64,000 nt of DNA from positions 124,001-188,000 of the forward strand of contig JAAOMT010000602.1 of assembly GCA_016748015.1 (NCBI GenBank). The letters are read 5' to 3'. The notes under the pieces are model-generated. The model had not been told where the DNA came from and made no database searches. It saw only the letters and a list, made by a program, of their open reading frames with translations. Below, piece after piece: positions 52,098-64,000 of this stretch; position 1 is the first letter of the stretch, and the number at the start of each line of letters is the position of its first letter. This DNA is from Geosiphon pyriformis uo1 (taxonomy: Eukaryota; Fungi; Glomeromycota). A program made the translations under genes and the position numbers.

Positions 52098-55027
52098 GGA
52101 TTTCTAATATGTCATGTTGATCTAACTATATATATGCGTTGAATTACTTTTTTTACTCTTTTTATGTTAATTAAGCATTAAGTCAAAAATATTCTTGGTT
52201 AATTTTTATGAAATTTTTTTTTAAGCTCAAAATATTCTAAAACATGATCACTTTGTTAAGAACACTTTATTTCAAAAGAAATCTTTTCGTATCAAGTCTT
52301 TGTTTTTTTCTACCTTTTAATTATGCCTCTAGTCTTTTCATTTTTTAATATATTCTTTCTTAATTAGGCCCAGAAATAAAATATTTTTTCTCATGCATTT
52401 TTATTTGAGCTGTACAAGTTTAACGACAAATTTATTGGATAAAGTATCAAGACTGGTTCATAAGGAATGGGCAATAAAGTCATACGATTTCTTGTATTCC
52501 ATAAGCGGAAAAACTCTCGATCCATACATCAAGTGGTTTAATTTTAAAATTTTCAAGTAAAAAATCATAATATAAAGGAAGAAAAAGGTTTCTATTTTAA
52601 AACATGAAATTCGATGGTTTTATTCTTGCCAAAATTTTTAATATGCATTATTGCTTAAAAAAGCTTGAAAGAACTTTTTGAAGGAGTCTAAGCAGCCGAC
52701 AAACTTGTGGAATTTCTGAACTCACGAAACTTTTTCTAGAAAATCAAGCTATTTTACTTTCAGGATTTTTAAGGTCATCGAAATCCCAAAAAGAATTATT
52801 TAGCAATTAAGGCCATTTCTAATACGCAAACAACTTTGTTGTTCTTTTGTGTAAAATGATTTTCTTCCCATTTGGTAAAATTAGTTTCAAAAGTACTGAA
52901 ATGTTGTATAGGTCGTAAAACCTTAATCTAACATAAATTAAACAAGCATGATCGATATGCTTTTCAATAAAGATAAAAAGGATAGAATAATTTCTTAACT
53001 CATTTTGGCTCTAAATTTCATTTTCTCACCTGCTCAAGTTGCTCAGATTGTTAGAAATTATGCTCCTGAAGTTTTTTGAAATGTGAATATTAAAAAGTTA
53101 TATCACCTGAAATTATGACTGTCAAGTCAATATGATTTAAAATATTACTTTTCAAAAAGTATTTTTATGAATAATGTCATTTTTAATTTTTAAAAAAAAA
53201 ATTAACATCATTTTTGGGGGATAAAACTTTTGAATGATTGCATATCATATATTTTATATAACATTGTTTTAGTTTCAAATATCATTTAAAATATTTTGTT
53301 AAATTTTAAACATATTTAGATCAAAAATTATCTCCATCTTTGAATGGGTAAAATTTTTTATAATTGATATATCAATTACATCTTTATGGTGTGTCTAATA
53401 ATTAAACCCTCAATTATATTTGGGAATTTTTGATGGAACAAACTTTTCTCTATATGACTTTTATTTCTTTTTGTTTTTTGTTAATTAATAAATTTATCTT
53501 TATTTTTGCGAAATAAAATAAAATTATGTTTTATCCAGTTAAAAAATTAAAGTTTTACTTGAGAGAATAATGTGTAGTGTCACAATTAATTAGCCGATTT
53601 CACAGCATTTTTATTCATCCTCCCAATTGGGAAACGTTTAAATAAATTTTAAACGGTTAGATTTTTGTGAAAATTTTTCTGGTGCAGGTCAAAACTTGAA
53701 TTTATTCATTTGAAAAAGAATTGTATACACGACTTTCATAAACAATTATCATTGACTGGTTACAAACTTGAAAAACTGTTATATTGATTTCCATTCATTA
53801 TTGCTGAACCGGATATGTCAGGTTTCTAAATCAGTTGTCGTTAATCTCTTCGGCTTTGGAAAACCTTGAACGCAACCAGTATTAAATTCAGCAAAATTTC
53901 TCCACTGTTTCTCATTACCTTTTATTGTCTTTTTTTCAGATAATATTTTTGCTTTGATAATCTTATTTCTTGAAAAAATGTTCATATGTATGGGTTAAAA
54001 ATCAACCGGCTAAAACTTTAAATTTACGGAATAATAATTCATATAATATTTATTATATATTTCTATTTTTTAAAGTTAATTCCTTTCTTTCATATATAAA
54101 AAACCCATGATTAAAAAGGTTTTCTGCTAAACATTTTAAATTGATTGAAATAACTCTTTATTCTATTTGCCATATGATGATTATAAAACTAGGCTTAATA
54201 GTTATATTGGAACTTAAAAATAAATTTTTAAGAGTACAAATATTATTCCCCAAAATTGAACCAGATTTTTCGAGTTTCAACAATAAAAATTCTGGAATTA
54301 TTGGGGTTCCCTTTTGAAAATTACATAAAAGGATATTCCTCCGTGATAGCCGAACTCTCTTGATCTTAAAAGTTCAATGTTTGTACATCACCAAAAATAA
54401 TGTTCAACACACATTACACACGGATATATCAATTATAAGCCTCAGTTTATTTCTTGTTCAAACATCCCTTTTTAGAATTGGACTTGGAAAACTGGTTTAT
54501 TCCATTACAATTGTAAAAAAATCAATCATGACTTTCAGCCAATTAGACAAACTTTTCAAAATCTTTGCAAAAAACCTTTTTTTTTGGGGGGGGAGGAGGT
54601 TTATCTATAATAGAGTTTTTGCTCGAGAATTCCAAATGTCTAAGGTAAGAGATCAAAGGGAATATTCTCTTCTTGTCATATTCAGCGTGAAATAAAGAGC
54701 TCTCTTTTGAAACTTTGCCTGAAAAAACTATAACAACTAAACAACTAAATTTTCATTTGAAAATTATGCCGCTTTCAAGCATAATTGACCTACGCTTTCT
54801 TTGTTTTAATTACAAAGGGCTTTAGTGTGTAAGGAATTCTTATCGAAATAAATCTATCGTGGATTATTTGCCTCTTATCCCTTCGTTTAGGACTTTAAAT
54901 GTCTGAAATAAATAGATGTTGCTTGAAATCAAAAAATTAAACATTCCTTAGTAGTATGATGCTTTATTTAGAAAGGTTAGACAAGGATAAAGAGGAATGA
55001 TTATCAATTGCCTTCATTATTGTGGTA

Positions 55028-57001
55028 TTACAGATTTTCGACTATGTTTGGCTGATTATCATAGACCATCGATAATTCTAACTCATCTTGAGGTTTTTGA
55101 TGTTTACGCTTTTCTTTTCGATTTTGGTCGAAATCTTGTGTCGTCTCAAACTTCCATTCTTCGTAATCTTTCTTCTCTGGCAAGAGTTGTAACATTAATA
55201 TCTCGACGATTAGAGTAGCTAATGACTAAATTCAACGGATTTTGGAAAAATTTGGAGTCAATACACATGTCTTCGTTTTTTACGTTTTATTCTGTTCAAA
55301 ATACTTACAAATAACGCGAAGCCTGCCACAATATTTTGAAGAAGTGTGATAAAATCAAAAACGCCGATCGAACCATATTGTTGGAATACCAAACGAATGC
55401 TACCACAAAGATTACATAAGAAATTGTATTAAATGAAACCAGAAATGAGCAAAGGACAAACACCTACCCGTGTCTTTCTTTTAAAATATAAGATTTATCA
55501 CCACCATATATACTTTCAACCGTTTTATACTCATTGCCATCAATCATTTGGGGATAATAAGTGTAGGTAATAACATTATCCTGAATGGATTATTGGGACT
55601 CGTAAAAATCAAAACAAACCATTTATAAAATTCATAATAAACCTTTATATTTCAATAAGATTACCTTGAACGGAACGTTTATATACTCGATTACAACGAC
55701 AATAACCAGACCAGATGATCGATAAGTTTCTCTGGAATCAGCACCAGGGGCCGATGAAATAGCTAAAGTGATAAATTTCACAAAAAAATTTCAACTTTCA
55801 AGTCGGTTTCGGTTGCGGAAATTATTTTTAAGGCTCGTATTACCATCCAAATCAGCCCCAGCTGCATCTAATATCTGCCGAATAGTAAGAATATCTCCAT
55901 CTGCTTTAGGATTATCGGCTGTCTAATATCAAAGAAAACTCTTTTCTCAGTGAAATTTTTGATTTATTTAATTTTGGAATTTTGGGAATCATGGCCAACA
56001 CTAACCCGAGTCGCGTTTGTCCAAGATTTGAGAACTTTGCCTTTATGGTTTACCAGCTTACCATCCATCAAGCCGTTACGTAATCCAATAGAGGTTGCTT
56101 TTCCTCGGATTGAATGCTCAATCATAATCTAAAAATCAAGGAATAAAGTTTTAAATCAATATTTTTTGCAAACATCCGTTATATATACAGCCAAAAAATT
56201 TTAAAGTTACTGTGTAATCTTCAATATGGCCGATATAAGATTTATTGACAATTAATTCGTAAGGCGTGGACTTCGGATCAAAAAAACATGATTGATTATT
56301 CGGTTGGCTCGCTGTCAGAAAGTTACAGTCATTTGGGGGGTATTTTTTCACAACTGCTCTTGTGGTAAAAAATGCTACGCCTGGGCCATCATTCGGATAG
56401 TAAACTGTAAAAGTTATAGCATGAATACCATGATAAGTTCTCATTATTTCATAGTAAAGTCCTGGTAAGAACTAAGAGAATGGAAAAATCCCTACTCTCG
56501 TTTGCTCCCCAATAAACACAAGATATATCCGAATTACAATATTCTGGATTTGTAAAATTATCCAGAGCTTTTTCGAAATCCGGAGCTTTTAATGATAGTC
56601 TTACGGCACCTGGTACAGGAGGTTCCTAAAGAATTGAATTTGTAACCTTTTCAAGAAAATCATCGTGCGAGACACGAAGATAAAACTTTTACCTACTTTT
56701 TTTAGGTATCCTAGATTTTTGATGATTGAATAAATTATATAGGCAAATATTCCTATTTGAAACGTGCGATATATAACCCCTAGACGTTTGCTATGTAATA
56801 GGAGTAAAAAAGGTTAAATTTTTCATCATACCCCAAGGAAAAAAACAGAAACCACTCACTCTTGAACCTTGACAATTTTGAAGGTTTCGTAGCTAGAAAT
56901 ATTCAATAAGAAACGAAGCACATCAGTCACAACCCTTTGGTAATTTTTTTGACAGATGAATACCTAAAAAAACCGTCTATCAATCCTTTAATATCTGGCA
57001 T
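55028..57001 (-). CDS. P2X receptor-like (ATP-gated channel family) protein, 11 exons, ~396 aa
   Basis: Exons 57001-56964, 56892-56860, 56790-56697, 56625-56496, 56404-56211, 56128-56006, 55922-55844, 55762-55665, 55580-55468, 55399-55309 and 55225-55028 total 1191 nt, all GT-AG and in frame. Motifs: YETFK (YxTxK), TM1 RLGVIYRTFQIGIFAYIIY, GAVRLSLKAP, IEDYTIMIEH, GDILTIRQILDAAG, RHGIRLVFQQYGSIG, TM2, C-terminal YEEWK (YxxxK). Confidence 0.9.
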
Positions 57002-57299
57002 CTTTTAGAATTCTATCAATTTGGGCAATGAAGAGAATATTTATTCAATGATTAATACGTCATGTGTTTTGTTTACGTTGATGTTTGGTTTTTACTTATC
57101 ACGGTAGTGGCCGAGAAAAGTTTGAAATCAGTCCTTTAATCCCTGATAGAAAACATAGCCCCTGTTAATCATTTTAATTTACTTGGGGAAAACAGTAAAA
57201 TCAAATGGTAATCAGCTTTATTTTTTTAAAATGGGTTTGATAAAAGAAATCCTATACTAATCGATGAGCATATGAGCTTCGCAGCTTTTGAACATTGAG

Positions 57300-58150
57300 T
57301 TGTGAAATTAAAACCTGATATTTTTGCTCATACTTGCAAATTGGTGGGGTCATGTTTAGGCAAACAAAAATGAATTGAATGTTTATCGTGTATAGAATCA
57401 CATGGCTGAATTTTTGGGCGGTGAAGATTACGGCTTCCAGCTTTTGTGGCTTGGATGCAATTTTTCCAATATAATTGGCTGACTTGTCATTGTTACTTTA
57501 AGTATCCGAATTAAGTCTGCTATAACAAAGAGCTATATCACTGTGTTCTTGAATACATGTACTTTGTTGAAAAGGAATATTTGTTTTGGGTAAAAATACC
57601 ATAGCCACGCAAAATACTTAAGAATTTTTTGATGTTTTTAATCACAAAAAATCATTAAAAATAGACTCCACCTGAGATTCGGGAACCAAAGTCCAGCTAA
57701 GGAACCAGATTTCCCATAAATAATTCCTCGGCAAATCACAATTCCATTGAAATTGGAAGATGAAATGACCTTTTGTTCAATGGGGACTCTCCATGATAGA
57801 AAAGGTGGTATATTGTTTAGTGGAGTATTCTCCGTCACAATTTCTGAAATATTGTCTCCATGAATCTGTATTTTAGGGAAGCGAAGATGAAAATAAGCTT
57901 TTAGGAAAAAAGAGTTTTTGTGATAAAGAGTTAATTTCAAATATGAAATATTGAGTTATTACCCAAAGGCCGGAAGTATAAATATAAGTCAACTTTTGTT
58001 GATTATTGACTGCACGTCTTTTTGAAAAGGTTTCAATTGTAGCGATAATATGTTCGGTATCTACAGTTCCGTTTTCATAGTTCACCGTAGTGTCAATTAC
58101 TACGTCAACCTTTTCAGCGATTGCGGACCGGCGAAAACTTCGTATCCCAT
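57300..58150 (-). pseudogene. NAD-dependent epimerase/dehydratase (atypical SDR) pseudogene, 5'-truncated
   Basis: AEKVDVVID, KLTYIYTSGLWV|HGD, SWRVPIEQKVI, GIVICRGIIYGKSG. No GxxGxxG start is found and the 3' part is decayed. Confidence 0.75.
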
Positions 58151-59949
58151 GTTTGAAAAAAAAACTTTAATATATATTATTTATTTCATTGCCAAATTAT
58201 TTAGCAAAATAAATGAATAATTTGCTTCAATTAAATTATCTGCTGGATTTTTCGAAAAATTTCTTCAATTTGTATATTTTATTAACTTGTTTTATTCGAA
58301 AAAACTTTCTTATTTTTTAATATTATAGCTGAAAATTTTTGTTAATGTAATTTTTAGGTTTAATAGACTTGATTTTTTGCTTCTTTTAAAAGCCAAATTT
58401 TAAAATTAATTGACTCTTTTAATTCTTTTAAGATATGTAAAACTTTGTCTTGTTTAAATATCAATATATTATAAATTAGTTTTATATTTCTTAATAAAAT
58501 GACTATCAAAATCAAAAAATTTTTCTTAAAATTTATTGATTTAGGAAAAATAATATCAATTGATAATAGGTTTGAACGTATTAAATTATTTTTCAATACT
58601 TTTTTAAAGTTTTAAAATCTTTTGCTTAAATAGTTAATAAAAAATAAATAACAAATTAACAACTAAGTCAATTATTTAATCAATAATCATATTAATATTT
58701 AAGTTAATTCTAAAAATAAGAATAAATAAATATTTAACATTAATAATTATTATAATAATAAATTTTATTCTTTAAACATTTTATGTTGTAATAATTTTAT
58801 TAAATTATCTGTACAATTAATTTGTTTTTTATATAAAACTCTTTTTTGACACTTTTATCAAATTATTGTATTAAATTTTGTAAATGTAATCTTTTGAATT
58901 GTTTAAATAAATTATTGTTATCAAATCTTAAAAATTAAAAATTAATACTTTATTAATATTAAATTTAAATACATAAACAAATTTATTTTTATAAATAATT
59001 CTAACTATCCAAAATTTTGATCATTTCTCCTTAATTTTAGCATCACATCCTTTAAAATTTTAAAAAGCTTTAATTTTGCTGTTTAAAAAACTATATTCTA
59101 TGACAATTTATGTAATATATCTTTGCTTTTCCAGTTTTATACTTATTTTTTTTATTACTACCAATAAACCTTAAAATTCAATTATTTTTAATAGTCTACT
59201 ATTATTTTTTTAAAAGAATTAATATAAAAAAATTTGTAACAACTCCGATTAGTCATTATGATATAATATTAATTATAATATTTTTTTGGTTAAAATAATA
59301 TCACATAGATAATAATACGTTATAAATTACAATATATATTGTAATTATTCAAATTTTGTCACGTAACTTCTAATTTTTTACTTCAAAACAGTTTTCAAGA
59401 CTTTAAAAAAACGCGTGTTTTATGAAAATAAATATAGAACTATGTATACAAGGTATAAATTATATTTTTTAATATTATAATTAATAGTATGAATAATTTT
59501 TATATTAAACTGGTTCATATATTATATTAAATCAAATATTTGATATAAATTAGCACAAGAAGAAATAATTAAGTTGCCTTTAGAAGAAGATATGTATAAA
59601 AATAATACAAGTTTATATGTTAAAATTATTCTTATTCTAATTTTTAATTTAAAAAATTTGTAAAATTGCCTTATCAAGTACTTTAAACATAATATAAATG
59701 AAAATATGACCAAATCAAGTAATTAAAGTTCTATAAATTATTGTAATTTTGGTTATATTTACTTTAAGTTTCTTATTTTTCTTTTATTTAGTTATAAATA
59801 AAGATATAATTGAATTAAATAATCAAAACTTTATAAATGAAGATAAAATTATTAAAAATAACTTATTAATAATTGGATTGCTTATTAAAAAAGTAAAAAA
59901 TACCAAAATAGATTATTATATTAAAGAAGTCAGACATTAAATATTACCA

Positions 59950-62250
59950 ACTGCTACTATTTGAATTTTTGTTTATTATACAAAAAACTTAACTATTAAA
60001 ATTTTTAAATTTACTAAAACTTTTAGATTTAATAATTAAATTACAGTATTAACTTATAAACTAATAAGATATATATTTACTAATATTATTATTCTTTGTA
60101 TTGTAACATTAATAAATATTTGATTTGCTTAAACTTGTTTTTTTTATGGTATTATTAACGTAATCATTATTTGTACTAAAATATTAAATGTTTTTTTGTA
60201 TTAGTTTATAAAATTTTTTAATTATAGTATCATTTTAGTATCATTTTAGTATAATTATTATTTTTAATAGCAAGTTGAGTTGTTTGTTATATAAATATTT
60301 ATATCTTATTATATTTAAGTTTTTTTTGTGCTGTATAATAGTTATTTAATAGAAGTATTTTATTTAAATAATTTTTTATAATTTTTTAATTCATAAAATG
60401 ATAAGACTTGCTAATAATATTATTGTTTTTTTGTTTATTAATATACCATCATAAGAGTATTATTTAAATATAAAATTTTGTGACTTTTGAATATGTTATT
60501 ACTTAAAAATAGTGATAACAAATGATATATTAAACATAAATAAAATTGAATCAATTATTATTATAAAATATAAATTTTTGCTATTATCAAACCAAATATC
60601 AATAATTTTTTATACTTCTTAAATGTTTTATTTATTAATTTTAGTGATCATTAATTTTAACATAATTTGTTTAGTATTATATAAATTTTTAATAAATTTG
60701 TTTGTTATATGAAAACTAATTATTAGAAATAATTTTAAACATACTTAATTTATTTCATTATAAATATTAATAGTATTTAATTGTATTTGATTTATAATAA
60801 AGTATAAACTTATGCTATTTTAGTATATTTAACAAATAAAATATAAAATATAAAATTCTAATCATTTGTTTGTTAATATTAGGAAAAAATCATAACTAAT
60901 TAATATAATTTTTTTTTACAAAATAATAGAGTATAATACTTAAAAACAATTCTATTTTGCTTTAGCTTGAAGTTTTAAATCTAATATATTAATAAAATTA
61001 TACAAAGTATTATTTATTGTAAATATATATTTGATAATATTATTAAAACTTTTAATATAAGTAGTAATTTAAATGTCTGCAATAAATATTTTTGATATAA
61101 AAACATAAGTTCATGTTTGTTAGCGAGAATAAATAGCTTTCATAAAATAGTTTTTGATATTACTGTATTTTTCTATAAGTTTTATTCATTATTTATAAAA
61201 AAAATTTTACATAAACTGTTATAATACAAGAAAAAATCATGCACAAAACTTTTATATTAATTATAAAGCTTTAATTTAAGATTTTTTGGCAAATTTTTAC
61301 TAATGTAAAAAATACAATAAATTAGATAAGTTGTTTTATATATTTGATTAATTGTTGCATTTATTGTGAAATTTGTATTAGTAATGAAGATTAATAATTT
61401 AATTATTGTAGCTTTTTTTGTATATTTTAAGATCTATATACAAGATTTAGTTGTTTTATCTAATACAAAAGTTTGTACAACAAGATATAATTATGTATTA
61501 TTGTTTACAATAAAAAAAAGTAAAAGTGGTATTTGATAATAATTTGTTTTGATATTATTGTTATTTAAAATAATACTATAATATTTTAACCAAAGTATAA
61601 CTTTTGCTAATAATATTCAAAATAGATAAGTAAGCCAATTTTTATTATTTAGTTCAAATTTTATAGCCAATTTAAGATAATGTGCCTTTCAATTAAAAAA
61701 TATTATAAACAAACAAAATATATTTTGTATTTTATTATGATAATTTTTAAATTTTATATTGTATTTGTAAGATCACAATTGTTAATAAATGTTGTTAAAA
61801 ATTTTTATTTAAAATTATTTTTTGAATAGTAATTGATAAATTTTTTTAAGAATGTCTTTAGAAATGATTTAATATATTGAGACATATTTTTTAGTATTTT
61901 GGTATAATGAATAGTTGTGTATATCATTAAGAATTGTAAGAGTTATTTGGTAAGTATTTTTAAAGTAGTTAATATTAGCATACTATTCATATCTTTGGCA
62001 CTTTAATTTATAATTTTGATAATTGTGAATATTAACTTGTTTTTTTGGTTTATAATAATCACCAAATTCATATCTGGAACTATAATGTTTAATATTGCCA
62101 TCTGGGATGTAATTCGAGCCTTTTTCGAATAATCCAAATCCTTGTTGTCTGCTATAGATTTTTATAATTATATCAATTTCTTTCTATAATATAAAAACAT
62201 AACCAGTACAAAAACTTATAACTAAATAAAAAAAGATAAAAAATCTAATA
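59950..62250 (-). mobile_element. Mutator-like (MULE/FAR1-type) transposase relic, hypermutated
   Basis: Minus-strand reading NDIHNYSL, DLTNTI, LTYLF*ILLAKVILWLKYYSIILNNNNIKTNYYQIPLLLF..NNNT*LYLVVQ, IFITNTNFTINATI, YCIFYISKNLPKNLK. This is the decayed form of the MULE core (LFWMSP..ILNDNTAKTNRY.MPL..VDNN..FVTDADPAM..HCIFHI). Confidence 0.85.
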
Positions 62251-63349
62251 TAAATGTAAAATTACAACTATGTTTACATTTGCATTTTTATTAGATTATC
62301 TTTAATATTATAATTTTAACACTTTTTTTAATCAATTAGTTTAAACAACAAAACAAAAAAATAAATAAAAATAACTAAAATAATAATAAAAAAGTTATTA
62401 TTTTGTTAATAGTTATAATTAAAAGTTATTATTTTAATATTGTTAAATTTTTTAGATAAATACTATTAATATTAATTATTTTAACAAGCTAAGTATTAGA
62501 AGTAGATAAATTCAATAAAATAAATAATAATAACCAAAATTAAATGTGAATAATTATTGTAAGTTTTATTTTTTAAAAAAAAATTTGCTTTAAGTGCTAA
62601 ATTATTAATTTTTAAATTAAATTAATAGATTAATTAATGTTTTTTTGCTTTTAATACTATTGCTATATATACATAAATTTTTATAATACAAGATTCTTAA
62701 AAATTTTAATTTTTTTTATATTTTTTTGAGTTATTATTAGAATTTTTGGTATTTTTGCTAATATTTTTTGAATTCTTGATATTATATTATCTAATAATTT
62801 CTAATATATAATTGGCTAATTTATGCTATATTAATTATTAATTATTTTTTTCTATTATTTTATAAATAATAATAATTAAAACCAAACATTATAAATTAAC
62901 AACAGAAAAAAAAACTATATCAAAATATATTTGTAGTATATATAATTAATTAAAAAATAATAATATAAAATATTAAAATTATTAGATATAATTTTTTTTT
63001 ATATTTAATAAATAAGATCTAAACTTAATTTAATACAATATATTAAACTAAATAATTTAAACTAAGTGTAAATTATGTAGTTTTTATATGTAATTAATTA
63101 TTCAAACCAGTCAAAACAATACTATATTAAAACAGAAAAAGCTAAAAATAAATTCAGTTTACAAATTTTCCTAATAATACTATTTAAATTTCTAGAATTG
63201 AAAATAAATTCACTAAAAAATAATCTAATTGCCTTAATATTATTTCTGGTTTTAATACTTAATATGTATCATAAAACAATAATATATTTAACAATATTTT
63301 TATTCAAAAAAAAATTTTATAATCAATATTTTATTATAGTTTATTCTAT

Positions 63350-64000
63350 TAAAGTATACTTTAAACTTAAAATATATAATGTTTTTAAAAACACCAACTA
63401 AAAAATTAAAAAAATTATTACTAACATATTTCATTGTAAGCAGATTTTTTTTTATTTAAAAAGTCTTGTTATTATGTTTATTTAAAAAAGTGATAACCAA
63501 AGTAATTAAAAAACTAATAAACTTAATAACAAATTTTATTAAAATAGCCAAACTTAAGATTTAAAATTCCAAAAAATTCAACCTAGATTTGGTAATAAAA
63601 TCAATAGCAGACAATATTAAAATAACAGCAAAAAAAAAAGACAAAAAAAATTTTAGCATAAAACTTTCTACTAATAAAAAAACACAAAAAGTTTAAAGCC
63701 AACAGCAAACTTAACAAATAACTTAAAAGATAAAAATAGTAATATTTTATAATTTTTAAACAAATAATCCAAACTTTAACACTTATAACAGCAATAATAT
63801 TTAGAAGTTTTTTATCAAATATATTATTTATACAAAGTATTAATTTTAGTCACAATAAGCTTTAATATTTTACAAGATCTAAAAATAATAACAACAAAAT
63901 ATTGACAACAAAAAAAATAGCAAAATAAAAAATAAAGCAAATATAACTACCAACCTAAAAAACTATATTATTAATTTTAAAAACAGCATAATTAAAAAAA
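63350..64000 (-). mobile_element. Heavily mutated LINE-like ORF1 relic, copy 3 (runs off window end)
   Basis: 63510-63560 and 63771-63850 align by eye with 570-620 and 788-870. Confidence 0.6.

Overview
Eukaryotic, intron-rich, very AT-rich genomic window from an early-diverging fungus. The gene repertoire (MATA-type HMG box, TKL kinase with N-terminal CxxC motifs, BTB/POZ-SPRY, F-box/LRR, FAR1-like MULE) points to Glomeromycotina. From memory, the LINE ORF1 relics resemble Geosiphon/Archaeosporales repeats (inference, not a database result). Gene islands of moderate GC alternate with C/G-stripped transposon relics: three copies of a LINE-like ORF1, a MULE transposase and two Tc1 elements with TIRs. 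Manual splicing gives two notable genes that the ORF track fragments: (1) a 4-exon, ~684-aa AT-hook-repeat + TET/JBP-type 2OG-Fe(II) dioxygenase gene (11049-13307, -), and (2) an intact 11-exon, ~396-aa P2X-receptor-like ion channel gene (55028-57001, -). Also present are two intronless secreted paralogs built from a duplicated unknown ~110-aa domain, a probable TKL pseudokinase, an SDR, a shortened methyltransferase and several pseudogenes. All exon models were derived by hand from GT-AG sites and frame continuity.
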